64,000 bases of DNA, taken from Hypanus sabinus (Eukaryota). Location: NCBI RefSeq assembly GCF_030144855.1, contig NC_082730.1:36952001-37016000 (forward strand), given 5' to 3'. The notes below the pieces were generated by a model. It had not been told where the DNA came from. It saw only the letters and a list, made by a program, of their open reading frames with translations, and ran no database searches. The translations under genes were made by a program, and so were the position numbers. Numbering within the stretch: position 1 is the first letter of the stretch; every line of letters begins with the position of its first letter. Below, one piece after another: positions 12,842-26,617 of the stretch.

Positions 12842-14375
12842 AATCAGAATCAGAATCAGGTTTATTATCACCGGCATGTGTCATGAAATTTGTTAACTGA
12901 GCAGCAACAGTGTAATGCAATACATGATAATATAGAAAGAGAAAAAACTAAATAAGTAAATAAATTACAGCAGGAATATATATGTATATTAAAATGATTA
13001 AAAATTGTGCAAAAACAGAAGCAGTATATATATTTTTTTAAAGTGAGATAGTGTTCATGGGTTCAATGTCCATTTAGGAATCATATAGGAAAGGGGAAGA
13101 AGCTGTTCCTGAATCATTGAGTGTGTGTCTTCAGGCTTCTGTACCTCCTTCCTGATGGTAACAGTGAGAAGAGGGCATGCCCTGGGTGAATGCGATCCTG
13201 AATAATGCACATCACCTTTCTGAGCTTGCATTCCTTGAAGTTGACTTGGATACAATGGAAACCAGTAACCAAGATGGAGCCCGCCCCCACCCCGTACCTG
13301 ACAGTGATGCAGCCTATCAGATTGCTCTCCATAGTATATTCATAGAAGTTTTTGAGTGAATTAGGTGACAAACCAAATTTCTTCAAACTCCTAATGAAAT
13401 ATAGCCACTTTCTTGCCTTCTTTATAGCTGCATCAATATGCTGGGACCAGGTTAGGTCCTCAGAGATCTTGACACCCAGAAATTTGAAACTGCTCACACT
13501 CTCCACTTCTGATCCCTATACAAGGATTGGTTTGTGTTCCCTTGTTTTACCCCTCCTGAAGTCCACAATTAGCTCTTTCATCTTACTGACATTGAATGCA
13601 AGGTTATTGCTACAACACCACTCAACTAGCTGGTATATCTCACTCCTGTATGTCCTGTCATCTCCATCTGAGATTCTACCAACAAAGGTTGTATCATCAA
13701 CAAATTTATAGATGGTATATGAGCTATATGTAGCCATATAGTCATACAGTATGTATAGAGGATATAGAGCAGTGGGCTAATCACACTCCCCTGAGGTGCA
13801 CCAGTGTTGATCGTCAGCAAGGAAAAGATATTATCCCCAGGCTGCATAGGTTGCGGACTTTCAGTTAGGAAGTTGAGGATCCAATTGCAGAGGAAGGTTC
13901 AGAGTCCCAAATTCTGTAGCTTATCAATCAGGAGTGTAGGAATGATGGTGTTCAATGCTGAGCTATAGTCGACGAACTGCAGCCTGACATAGGTGTTTGT
14001 GTTGTCCAGGTGATCTAAAACCATTGAGATTGCATCTGCTGTAGACCTATTGTGGCGATAGGCAAATTGCAGTGGGTCCAGGTCCTTGCTGAGGCAGGAG
14101 TTCATTCTTAGCATGACCAACCTCTCAAAGCATTTCATGGCCGTTGATGAGAGTGCAAGTGGGTGATCGTCATCAAAGCAGCTCTCACTACTCTTCTGAG
14201 ACACAAATATAATTGTTGCCTTTTTAAAGCAGGTGGGATCATCCACTGTTGCAGTGAGAGGTTGAAAATGCCCTTAAGTACTCCCAGTAGTTGGCTGGCT
14301 CAGATTTTCAGAGCCCTACCAGGTACTCCATCGGGGCCTGCCTCTTTGCGAGGGTTCGCCCTCCTGAAAGACATC
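12842..14375 (-). mobile_element. Rex1/Babar LINE (RT and C-terminal region)
   Basis: (AATCAG)3 tail; MKCFERLV...DPLQFAYRHNRSTADAI, TGAPQGSVISPLLY, YKFVDDTT.VGRI, FKFLGVKISEDLTWS, KKARKWLYFIRSLKKF. Confidence 0.92.
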
Positions 14376-17300
14376 ACAGGGTCACCAGCAGCAGCATTTA
14401 TTTCCACTCTTCAACACCAGATGAGAATGACAAATACCAGCAATGCCTTTGGGGTGATGGTAAGAATGTGACGGTACATATTTGGTGGTGTACCATTAAT
14501 TCCTGAATTTTCAGATAAGGCAGGCGTGCCTGACAACAACATGCACAGAGCTGAAATTGAAATCAGAATGGAAGTACACGTTCCCCATATTCTAGGATGC
14601 TTTCCATGGTGTTAGACATTTTTTGGGTCCAGAAGGACGGATAGTCATGCTCCATGTACCCTGATGATATTGCTCAAACATATTGCTGATACCAGTTGCC
14701 TCTCTGTAGATTAAAATTCCTGAGCGGTCAGATTCATGAAACAAAACCTTATATATGAACTCTGTGCAATACCAAAGGAAGCTTGCAGCATCAATCATAT
14801 CAAAGAACTCAGATGAAAGGTTTTCTGTTTATATTAGTTTGCTTACTTTAGAATGCATCTAATTATTTATCTTTTATTTTAGTACAAACACAAAGGTTTG
14901 ATTAAAAAGCTGCAGATATCATAAAATTAGTAAGAAATGTCTGAACTAAGAACAATATCACAGTCTTTGATTACCTACATTTTTCGTTGGTTATGAATTT
15001 TCAGAAATTATATTTTATAAAAAATAAGCTCAATTAATTCAATGTAGCTATTTCTTTAAAACTGTTCTTTTACCAATCATTTATTTACCACAACAATTAT
15101 TCATAGATAATCCATCTTCATAGTTTGAATGTATTCCTGAAGAACAAAATACATTTTCATTAATAAACCCATTTAATAAACAGCAAAAACTGAACTTTAC
15201 AGTCACATTAGGTTGTTCATTGTGTCAAAAATTGTGGTATATACTATGAAATGAACCACTAGTTGAACGTCCGATGAAAATAACCTTTCATCTGAACTCA
15301 GAGGCTATGAGCTGGAGCAATATCAGTGTTGACTTCTGCCTGCCACAGATTTAATATTGCAAAACTCACAATGTGTTGCCCAGAAGACTATCACTTGCCT
15401 GTGGTGTTCAGATAAATGTTTATTCTTTAAGGTTTTCTTTGTTTCTATTCTATCTTGGCAGAAATGAATCATTGTTTTCTGAGTCACCACTACCCTGATA
15501 AACCATGTTTCTAATTTTATTAAATGATTTGTAGATTTTCCGACCGACTCAATTGATTCATTTTCCTTGTTTATAATGAATAGCAGAAACCAAACTGTAA
15601 CGAGACAACTATGGTTGCAGTCTTACCATATCAAATATTGTTAAAAGAATATTTTATCCCTATATGAAGGAGCTTCATTGTGGCCATGTTTAAAACTGCC
15701 AGAAAATGTCATTAAGGTCCAATTGGCTCTGTGGAGCATTGATTAACATTCCTGATTCCAGCTCCCAGTTAATTACAATAAGGACCTCATCTGCTGCCAA
15801 AGCCAGGAGCAATACAATCAGAAGTCAACAGAAAAGATCACCATACTGTCCTCTTCTGTATCCGAATTTATTAAAATATTACAGGAGTTGTTTGCATTTT
15901 TTAAATTAGAAAATGTTATTTCAGCCATTTCTTCAGGGATTTCACTGATCCTGTGTTGGGGTTCTGGCAGGAGATAAGGACGCTGCCCATGGAAACGTAA
16001 GGCTATCAATCCAAGTCTGCAGTACTGCAGTGCCAGGAGGGCAGATGCCCATTAAGTTCAAAGGCAAAGCAGAATTATGAGAGCAGGTGCTGCTCAAAAC
16101 TCCCTCTGGGCTGGCGTTCAGTGTTTCCAAATAATTAGCCAGTTGAAAGCCTTATGCTTAAGCCTTACAGATAGCTTAAATCTAAATCAACATCCAGCAC
16201 ATCCAGTTTATTGATAACCTCATCTGGCTTTTTTTTTTATTTCTGTGCATATATTAATTTGAAATAGACTGTGCCTGGGAAAGAGTTTATTTTGCCTTTA
16301 TTGTTTGATAGTCCCTTTTAATGCATTTACTGCAGTGTTTATCCACTTGTTAGAATGTTATATTAAAATATATTTCCCAATAATGTTTGTTTCAGTAATA
16401 ACAATGGTATTTTTGTTTTTTAATCCCTGGAATACAGTGTTTTATGGTTCAAGTAATATACGATGAGAGACAGCATGTCAGTAGTTCTTGATCACAGACA
16501 TTGACATATTAGTCTGCTAACTATCACAAACAAACAAGTTCATTAGCTGTGAGTCGGTAAAGCAGAGTTGTGTCACTGGCAGTAAAGCTTGCAACATAAG
16601 GACAGTGCTGTTCCTAGCCAGTCAGATTTCCCTCAGTTTTTATATTTCTATATCTGGAACTTATTTCAAGGTAACATGTTGCCTATACACACTTAATAAG
16701 CAAGTGACAGGCACATCGTCAGTAATTTCATCTCTCTTCTCTTGTTTCCAAGCCCTGAATGTGCAACGAGCTGTGACAAACTTATTTGTGTCTCATGCCA
16801 GGCAATCTCCACTGTTTTTCTCCAAGGAAAAAGTCTCTTGATTTTCAAACACCTTGCTCTTACCTTATGAAATGGTGTTCACAGCCATCAAACTGCATGC
16901 CTCTTTCCTGCAGTTCTGGATTTGTGCCTCTCTTTAGATTTTTCTTCCACTGTTACTTATCATTTTTCTTTCCTTGGCAACTATACATCCTTAACAAAGA
17001 CTGAAAACTACCAGCAGCATTTGTGTAAATATTTAATTCCAAGTAGTGTTAAGTTTGAATTTGGAAGTAAAACCACTTCAGCATCACATTTTTTGAAATG
17101 CTTACTTTAAGTTGCTTTTTCTCAAAAAGCATCTCTTTGGTGTTATGACAAGTAGCTATTCCTTAAGCAGAAATTTTACTTGAAAGGGCATTGTTTATAT
17201 CTTCTGGGTATTAAAAGCTGTATGTGCTAGGCTGATCAATCTTATGTGAGGCTAAAAGAAACCATTTCTGCACAATGTGCAGTTTATGTTAATCTTTGGA

Positions 17301-17937
17301 CTGCAAAGGCATGCTAACTGCCAGGTCATGCAAGAATCAAAAATTTTACAACATAATCTCCCACCATGGCAACAGCTTAAATCAGAGGTTAAAGCATGAA
17401 TATCAATTGGGAACAGATGTTTCCAGATATACAGAGTGGGTGATTGGTGTAGATACCACTCATCTCCGGCTGCCAACGGAAGTGGTCTCTCAGAGAAAGG
17501 ACGTGTGCAAAGTGGGGAGCGTTGCAATCAGGTGCCCTTTATTCTCTCTCCACTTCCCCCCACAACCCTGAAAAGCAAGAAGAATGACTTAACTGTAAGA
17601 TGGAGGTCATCAGGAACATTATAAAGGTTCCATTACTGTTGTTAGCTGGCTCCGGTGCTGTTGAATCTTTTAACTAATGATGGAGCAGCCCTTCTCTGTC
17701 CAATAAAGATCTGACCTATGTTTAAAGTCTGATGTTACTGCAGCATGCCCAGTCTATGTGCATAAAGTCTTAGGGGTGGAGGGCAATGACGTAATTTACC
17801 AAAAGTCGCTATGTACACAGTTTTCCCATATTCTATTAGATAATTCCAGATAATTATAGCTCTTTAAGTAGTGCTGTATTCATTGTCATGCTCACGTACT
17901 ATATTAAAGACTGATATTTCTGGTTTTAGAACAAAGG

Positions 17938-18350
17938 ACATTACAGAACAGTACACATTCTTCTGCTCAGGATGTTACACTGACCCCTTAATCTTCTCTA
18001 CGACCAATCTAGTCTTTCCCTCCTACATAACCCTCTATTTTTCTATCATCCATTTGCCTATCTAAGAGTTCTTTAAATGCCCCAAGTGTACCTGACTCTA
18101 CCATCACTCCTGGCTCTGTGTTCCACACACTCACCACTCTGAGTAAAAATACTGAGCTCTAACATCCCCACCTACACTTTCCTCCAATCACCTTAAAATG
18201 ATTTCCCCTCGTATTCCCCAATTCCATTTTGGCAAAAAGTATCCAGCAATCCACTCAATCTATGCCTCTTATTGTCTAAAAATCTCTTATCAAGTTACCA
18301 CTCATTCTCCTTCACTCCAAAGCCTTAGCTCGTTCAACCCATTGTCATAA
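17938..18350 (-). mobile_element. CR1 LINE 3' fragment
   Basis: ttccacacactcaccactctgagtaaaaa (reverse of F.QRVV.VWN) and a tail similar to the 3739 copy. Confidence 0.7.
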
Positions 18351-18750
18351 AGTCAACTATTGAAACAGCTTAGCATGTGTTACAATGTTGAACATAACGT
18401 TCAGATGACATTGATTCAGGTTGGACACAAGACAAAAAAACAAATAAATATTTGCTCTTTTTTTCTCCAATTATGTTCACCACTCTAGGTAACATTAATT
18501 ATTAGAATAGTATGCTGGTATTGGCTTCCTCTGTACCTTCAAGAACAATAAGTTAGAAGTTAGTGAAGGTAGCATAGGTAGCATAGCCATTGTATTTTCA
18601 AAACAAGATAACTGATAATAGAAATCTGGAGGAGGGGTAATTCCAATTTCTAATTTTTATGAATTGTTCACACTCATTGTCTATTAAACTAATAATGCTA
18701 AATGTATTTTAAGATTACTACTTTTTTAAATAGTTTTCCACCAGAATTAA

Positions 18751-18775
18751 CTTTTAACCTGTCTTTTTTTTCCAG
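18751..18775 (+). promoter_or_regulatory. 3' splice acceptor of the GRM exon
   Basis: cttttaacctgtcttttttttccag: branch-like TTAAC, T-tract and CAG immediately before in-frame ATT CGT ACA ATG. Confidence 0.9.
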
Positions 18776-19711
18776 ATTCGTACAATGAAATGGCCGTCAG
18801 GATCCCGGCAAGTCCCAGCCTCGATTTGTAGCCTTCCGTGCAAACCAGGCGAGAGAAAGAAGATTGTTAAGGGCATTCCCTGCTGTTGGCACTGTGAACT
18901 GTGCGATGGGTACCAATACCAGGTGGATAAATACAACTGCAAGGTCTGCCACTTTGACATGCGACCCAATGAGAACCACACAGGATGTCGCCCAATTCCC
19001 ATAGTTAAACTGGAATGGTATTCCCCTTGGGCAATTGCGCCTGTATTTTTTGCTATTATTGGTATCATTGCTACATTGTTTGTTGTCATTACCTTCATAC
19101 GTTTTAACGACACACCAATAGTGAAGGCATCTGGTCGAGAATTAAGTTATGTGCTCCTCACAGGGATTTTCCTCTGTTACGCCATTACCTTCCTAATGAT
19201 AGCAGAGCCAGATGTAACCGTCTGTTCCTTGCGGCGCATCTTCCTTGGGTTAGGAATGAGTATCAGCTACGCAGCTCTGCTCACGAAGACCAACAGGATT
19301 TATCGGATATTCGAGCAAGGCAAGAAATCAGTCACTGCTCCCAGGTTTATTAGTCCAGCCTCACAACTTATGATCACTTTCAGTTTTATCTCAGTGCAAC
19401 TGTTGGGAGTCTGTATCTGGTTTATTGCTGACCCTCCCCACTCCTACATCGACTACGACGACCAGAAGACTGCCAATCCCCAGTTTGCTCGTGGAATTCT
19501 CAAATGTGATATTTCTGATCTATCTCTCATCTGTTTACTTGGATATAGCATGCTCCTCATGGTCACATGCACCGTGTATGCCATCAAAACCAGAGGGGTA
19601 CCAGAGACCTTCAATGAGGCCAAACCCATCGGATTTACCATGTACACCACCTGCATTGTCTGGTTAGCCTTCATTCCAATATTTTTTGGGACTGCTCAGT
19701 CTGCAGAAAAG
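18776..19711 (+). CDS. GRM4: Internal coding exon of a group III metabotropic glutamate receptor (cysteine-rich domain plus TM1-TM6), best match mGluR4
   Basis: Open frame IRTMKWPSG...[12 protein letters not shown]...CCWHCELC...[15 protein letters not shown]...[14 protein letters not shown]...[37 protein letters not shown]. It is bounded by a pyrimidine tract plus CAG (ends 18775) and AAG|GTAAGT (19712); 936 nt = 312 codons. LGMSISY and [11 protein letters not shown] match GRM4 as I recall it, rather than GRM7/8 (LGMC.SY, ICSLGYSILL) or GRM6. Group III is near certain; the paralog is likely. Confidence 0.9.
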
Positions 19712-19717
19712 GTAAGT
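19709..19717 (+). promoter_or_regulatory. 5' splice donor of the GRM exon
   Basis: AAG|GTAAGT consensus. mGluR similarity stops exactly here (AQSAEK, then non-homologous VSTDIS...stop). Confidence 0.92.
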
Positions 19718-22499
19718 ACCGATATTTCTCCCAAAATTATACTGCATCTGAAAAATACACTTTGCGATTAGTGCAAGGTGACATTATTTAAATTAATGGT
19801 GATGTTGTGATTCTGAAAGAATGGGAGGCAGCAGATAGTCTGGTTGAGCCTTCCGTGTGTTTGGAGATAATGAAAAGACTGGGAGTCAGATCTCTCAGAT
19901 TTGCACTGTGCCCAGACAATTTACATTGTTTCCACACCAAGAACCATCTCCCTTGTTGTCTTTATACACTTACAGCAAGATAGAAGTTGTGCTCCATCAC
20001 ACCGTTTTGCAATGTTGCATAACCTGCGTGATTGTGGGCACTCAGACATTTCCGTTCTGGAAGCTACACACCAGCAATGATGTAGCCTGCTTCTATCACC
20101 AAATCGGAGGGGAACAGCCGTGCAATACAATGCATTCTAGCTTCCCAAAATGGAGACTTCAAGTTGCTCCGTCTTTGCACACCATGCAGTGCGACACAAA
20201 AATGTAAACACATTTCCAGCTAGGCCTTAGGTTCTGCCTGCATTGGTATGTGATTACAGCAGCATTTGAAGCCAGTTTAGGCCCTGTGTGGAGAGCTAAT
20301 TAAACTCCATGTGCTTCAGAATTCCATGGCAAAACCAAACCACCATGCAGTTTAAGACATTCAGATAAATTCATTGTGATTGCTTCCAATTTTGTTTCGT
20401 TATGTAAAGGATCTTTGTTGTTGAAAATCAACAACGGCAAATACCCTTTTTTCTTCTTCCACTAGTTTTCAAACACCACAGATTTTTTAAAATGCTGCTC
20501 GTAAGCCACCGTGCTAAGGACATGATGATTTGTTGATAAATCTTTCTCAATTTATTAGTCTGTGTTCCTCTTCTTATTATCCATAGGTAGACCTTGTATT
20601 CATGAGAAGACAAAAAATAACCGTTTTACTATTTCCTCTACATGTTCATTTATGTAATTCCTTTCTGGACTTACTGAAATCAAAAGGGTTCACCATTGCA
20701 AATAGCTAACAAGTGTTGAATGTTCAGTGTAACAATAGAAATTCATCTTCTAGCTTTCTAGAAAGTGTTGTCCAATTATAAGATGTCAGGAAGTTTTTCT
20801 CTATCAGCCAATACAGTAGAATTTGCTTTGGTTCTCCAGATTTGAATGCAATTTAATTTTAGAAGCATTGCTGCATACATATTCACTAGTATTTAACTGA
20901 AGTGAATTTCTAGGCAGCTGTGATTTTAAAGTTTAGCTGAATGAGGATCAATTCAATTTGATTTTAATGGGAGAGCCAGTCAAAATCATACCAACATTAT
21001 CCAGCAAACTCAGTCCTGCCCTTTCTAAGAACAAAATGTAAAAACAAGGAATTAGAAGTAATTTTCCTGATTTATATTTTGACTGTAGTCACAATTTTCA
21101 CTACAAAATTGTAACAGAGATGATAGTTTTAATTCAGATTGTCAGAAAATGAGATGTAGAGTATGCAGAATTCCTAATGAGGGTTGTTGGCTGGAGTGAA
21201 GCTTTTCATCTCAGATTGGCATGGGAAACTTACTCCACTATATTTGATTAATGTGGTGATTAGGAATGATCTCAGTTTGAATCTCCTCAACATCTGAGCG
21301 CTATTACTCACTTTAATTAATTACTGTTAACATTCATTCAAACAACTTGATCGAAGCTTCAGGGGTTAACACAAATATGACTTGACATCTGTTACCTGTT
21401 AAGTATAGCTTCATTGGAGAAGGCATATCTGTCCTTATGCTGACTGTTTTTGTAAAACCTCATTGGCTTGAAAGTTCTCAGAATATGTGATTGTGTAACT
21501 CAATTTCTGTGAAAACTGCATCCATATTTAAAAATTTATGACTTTATGCAAGGTACATGTTTGGAATTTTTTTTGCATGTTCTTTCTGTATCTAATGCAC
21601 TTACATTCAGTAAAGACCAGATAAGCACAACAATGTACACTGTATTCCTGGGCACCAATTCCATTTCCTTAGTTTTCTATTTTTGTGCATTGTGATTTGC
21701 ATAAAAGTTGACAAGAAAACTGACCAGGCAGATGCCTTTTAATGACTACCTTTCGGCAGTGCAGTCTCGGCTATAAGAACATAATCTTCATGATCATATT
21801 GGTCTGACATGAGCCACTGGATAATTTACCTTTAGTGACATCAATCAAGCATCAGCTTTATATTTTTGATGTGTTTTTGAGTAATTGGAGATGATGTATA
21901 CAGAGTGAGTAATGACAAATCATTGGCAAAAGCATTTTTAACAAGGGGTTAATATGGATTTGTTAAAGTATATTAATGTCAATTTAAGCTCTAGGTTTCC
22001 CTTTGTTCTGGATTTCAGGGATATAAAAATATTTGACATTACTATATCTGAAGAATCTCCAACAATGCCAATACAATACGTTTACTTATGTCTGTACATG
22101 TTTGAACAATTCAGTTTGCTTAATTGAACCATTTGTAACATCTATGTCTATCCTCAGCAGTATTTGTCTACTATTTCAGAGTATGTACTCTTTGTCATAA
22201 GTTTGTCAGACTTTGTGAAGAGGAATGAATTTACTGTGGTTCTCTTTATGCATAGACTGCAATCAAAGGCCAATGCCTTTAGTCACCCTTGTCTCTCCAC
22301 AAATGAATTACAGTTTGAAGCTGGAGTACGAGTGGAAATTGGAATCAGGCACCATTCAATGAATTATTAACCTCTTTCATTTTGTGAACACCATACTTTA
22401 ATTGTCTTCATATGCTTATTATGACAAAGCAGGATGTCATTTAGTACATCAAGTGCATGAGAGCTCCCACATAGCAACCCTATCTATCCCATTTCTGTT

Positions 22500-22725
22500 A
22501 GCACTCATCAGTAGATCCGCAATTTATTCCCTGCTGGATGCCCACCAATTTCTCCTTTGTTTTTTTCTTTACCTCTTACCGCATTTAGGATTAATTTACA
22601 GTAGTTACTGTGATGAGACTGTTCGATTGTGGTGACAAGCATGGTCGCCAGGAGAATCAGTAAACTCCACACTAACTGCCCTTCAGGCCACGATTGAATC
22701 TCGATCCCTGGAGCCATAAATATCA
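22500..22725 (-). mobile_element. Degenerate HE1/V-SINE
   Basis: taatttacagtagtta...aaactccacac...gattgaatctcg mirrors the 9645-9970 copy. Confidence 0.5.
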
Positions 22726-23344
22726 GGCTGGTTTTCCACATTGACAAAACTGCCATTGACCAACAGGACTAAATGTTTTCATGCCAATCAACCACATGTT
22801 CTGCTTGCATTCCCATGCACATACTGATACCAAAAGATCTCCCACAGCTTTCTTCCTGTTCTGCAATACTACAATACTTATTCTCAAGACCACCAAAGCT
22901 TTGGTACACATGTTTCAAGCTTCCAAATTTATATGTCCCAAAGAGAGCTATAAAAGTTGGGTAGTTCCATTTCATTTAAAATATTTTCGCCTTGACCCAA
23001 CCAGTCTATTTTCATCATGTTTTCCACCCACCTAGTCCGAACTTCCTCTATTTGGACCACATCCCACCAAGTCCCATCTGTTTATGACCTTATCCAAGTT
23101 CTTCTTAAATAATACTCCTGTATTGTACTCACTCACTTCCTCTTGCAGTTCAGTGCATATCTTCTCTGTCCTCAAGAAATCCCTACTTCAGAGTCAGCAA
23201 ACTCTCTGCATATGGAAATGGCTATTTATGTCCTGGTGATCTGAGTTCAATATTTGCATCTTCAGTTTCAAACCATATGCCACTCCAGAAAATGCCAATT
23301 GACAGGCCTGATGTGTGTACATTGCTCTTCTAATGCAACCTCAC

Positions 23345-23620
23345 CTCCATTTTGCTGTCCAGCACTCCTTTTTGGTTTCTGGTGCTCTCTGTGTTGCGCT
23401 TTCATGTTCTCACTGTGACTAAACGGACTACCCTGGGTAGGCTGTTTTCTTCTCATATCTCAATGACTTGGGTTGAGAAGTTAATTGGCCTAATGTATAG
23501 TGAGTGTAAGATCTCTGGCTGTTGGTGGGAATGTGTGGAGAGTAAAATAGTTTAGAGGAGGATTAAAGTAAAGGGCAGTCATGTGGGTCAAAGGACCTGT
23601 TTTCATGTGTATCTCTCTCT
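23345..23620 (+). mobile_element. Degenerate HE1/V-SINE
   Basis: tctgtgt...tttcatgttctcactgtgac...gttaattggcc, ending in the CR1-type tail gtgggtcaaaggacctgtttt. Confidence 0.6.
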
Positions 23621-25770
23621 GTGGCTGACTCTGTTGTGTAACAATGAGAAAAACACAAAGTGATTGAATTTCTAAGCAATGGTTAATGACCGTTTCTTTT
23701 AGCTTTTAATAGGCAGCAATCTTATTAGTGCATTAGCGTCAGAAACATAAGTGATGCATCCTCAATAAGGTCAATTACAACCACCTCAAGTAGCTAATCT
23801 GCCACTTGACTCTCAAAGTTCTGTCACATGCAGAGCAACAGGCGCAATCTTCCTAGAAGAGTTCTAAACCTTAATATCTATACATCATTTCTTTAAACAA
23901 GAAAGTAGTAACTTGGGTGAGCATTACATATAGACTAATGGTAAGACAGAGGAAAAACAAGTAAACATATTATAATTTTATAAAAGCAAAACAAAATATT
24001 AGAAACACTCAGCATGTTGCTAAGTATCAAAGAGAAATAGAATTAATGTTCCAGGTCAAGGACCTTTCATTATTACCTTGTATAAGTGTTGTGAATTAAT
24101 GAAGGATCAGCACCTAACATCACTCGTTTTATTTGTATAATGATTGTTGAAGATGTCTGGCAACAGAGGATTTTTGTACAACATACAGCTCTTTGTATAA
24201 TTCATTGCCTGCTTTAATTAGAACAATCACATCAGGCTGGATCACACATGTACAGTATATCAAACTCAGAGACACTTGTAGCACTGAGAGAGTTTATGTT
24301 ACACGATCTAACCAGTAAATGGTGACAAATGCAATAAGCAATATCAGTTTCAAAACATTCTAACAAAATTAATTTGGTTTTACTGGAAATAATATTTATG
24401 CATGTCAAAAATACTACCATGGTCGACAGCAATGCATTAATAATAATCAAATTTCAGTGTCTTTTCTGTATATATAGATGAACTGAAGTATTCTGTACCT
24501 AGTCAAAGTACCTAAGTAGATCATTGTCAAGTGTCAAGAATGGCTCAGCGGTGTGTGTCACTATTTTTCTTTTATCAGGAAATTCAGTGGAACTCTTACA
24601 CATTTTTGAATAGGTTTAATATGGTGGATGAGTCCATATTTAAGACAGACAATAAGTATCCAAGTGAAGAATCTAACTTAAATTTCTTCATATTGTACTT
24701 GATAAAATTTGGAATAAAAAAAGAAAATGCTAGAAATACTCATTTAGACAAGAAGCTTCTGTGGAGAGGGAAACCAAATTATTATCTCATTTTGATGATC
24801 TTTTGTCAGAACAAGAAAAAGGTAAAAATCAAAAAATGTTTTAAGCAGTGAAGAAGGGGTAGTCAAGATGCCCAAAATTGACTGGGAACACCAGTCAAAA
24901 GTTATATTAATATAGGTGTCATTTTGCTATTTAGCTCATTATGATTTGGGTCTGTCATGGCATAGGGCCATTCCAAAGAGAAGATTTTTTTTTCCTCAAA
25001 TCCATGCTTTCTACCACCATCCTTCACCAGCCCACTTACATTTATCTGTATGGCAGCATTTATGCTCCTGTAGCATATATGCCATTGATAGTGCACCTTT
25101 ATAAAGCTGACTGACTTCCCACAATGCTCTTAACTGTCATTTTGCATGAGTACAAGAGACAAATCAGCAAAGGTTCATGCAGCCCAAGCAGAGTCCATGG
25201 AGATGGAATGCAACATTGGGAAAGAGCTGAAAATTCTAGTAACTATTACTGAGGTATTACTGTCTATAAGCTACTCTACTATTATTCCAAAATCAGACAG
25301 TAATTACATCATGGTGTGCATTCGTCCAAACATTGTAAAGTGAGAACCCTCCTGGGATTTATTGCTTAGAATGTCCCTGAAGATAGATAGCCTTATAAAT
25401 GTAGACATCACTTTGGTTTGTTCCTCAAACTCATAAAGGCTATCATAAGAAGCAGACCTCATAAATCTTTGTGATGCTTCTATAAAAAACACTCTGTGAC
25501 TAGCCTCTATTATATATATATGATCACTTTAAATTGCTTGGCTGTTCCTTTGTTGTATGCTGGCACCTTTTTATTTAAAGGTTATCTATGTTTGTCAGGA
25601 ATGATTGATTTTGGTTCTTGTTTTAATGAGAAATAAATATTATGACAGAGTAGAGACAACACTGAAAGAAAATGGTCTGGATAATTTGTGCAATCGCCTT
25701 TTGATCTGATGTAGATCTGATTAATACTTCGTTGCAATGAATTTCATAAAGAACATCTTATTAGTTAAAA

Positions 25771-26353
25771 TAACACACACAAAATGCTGGTGGAACACAG
25801 CAGGCCAGGCAGCATCTATAAGGAGGAACACTGTTGACGATTCGGGCCGAGACCCTTCATCAGGACTAACTGAAAGGAAAGATAGTAAGAGATTTGAAAG
25901 TAGTGGGGGCAGGGGGAAATGCGAAATGGTAGGAGAAGACCGGAGGGGGTGGGATGAAGCTAAGAGCTGGAAAGGTGATTGGCGAAAGTGATACAGAGCT
26001 GGAGAAGGGAAAGGATCATGGGATGGGAGGCCTCAGGAGAAAGAAAAGGGGGGGGGGAAGCACCAGAGGGAGTTGGAGAACAGGCAGAGTGATGGGCAGA
26101 GAGAGCAGAGAGAGAGAGAAAAAAAAACAACTAAATATGTCAGGGATGGGGTAAGAAGGGGAGGAGGGGCATTAACGGAAGTTATAGAAGTCCTCTTCCC
26201 ATTTTGATATGTCTATCCATGGCCTCCTCTACTGTCAAAATGAATCCAAACTCAGTTTGGAGGAACAACACCTTATATACCGGCTGGGTAGCCTCCAACC
26301 TGATGGCATGAACATTGACTTCTCTAACTTCCATCCCTGACATATTTAGTTGT
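25771..26353. mobile_element. Penelope-like element with internal inversion
   Basis: 25771-26192 is a minus-strand terminal repeat plus purine tract. 26197-26331 on + encodes SHFDMSIHGLLYCQNESKLSLEEQHLIYRLGSLQPDGMNIDFSNF. Perfect 23-bp inverted repeat at 26127-26149 and 26331-26353. Confidence 0.88.
25831..25868 (-). ncRNA. Minimal type I hammerhead ribozyme motif (one core substitution)
   Basis: Minus strand uaguc-CUGAUGA-a-ggg-ucucgg-ccc-GAAU-cg-UC-aacag. Stem II and the GUC site are present; GAAA has become GAAU. Confidence 0.6.
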
Positions 26354-26617
26354 GCATTTGATTCTCACTGCACTGAATCCAAAATGGAGGCTGTCATATC
26401 AAAACTAAGAGTTTTGCAGGGTTGAAGGTGTTATCATTTCAATGCGATGTTAATCCAGCTTCTGAGATGGATGTAGAACAGACTTCTCTTTGGTATATTG
26501 ACCTGGTAATTTTCACAATTCTGTTCTGGGTGCTTGTTGTCTTTTCATTACAGCAATGACTGGCTTTGAATTACTGAGGTCAGAGAAAGTGCTATCAAAA
26601 AAAAAATCACTTATTAT

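Noticed and set aside
14809-15295. 14-bp inverted repeat TCAGATGAAAGGTT about 460 bp apart
   Set aside because: No clear TSD. The right copy may be a decayed Penelope repeat, and a chance match is plausible at this spacing.
18785-19771. The 328-aa ORF as a standalone intronless gene or 6-TM isoform
   Set aside because: The ATG is internal to an exon with a canonical acceptor 9 nt upstream, and the last 19 residues are intron read-through after a consensus donor. There is no evidence for intron retention.
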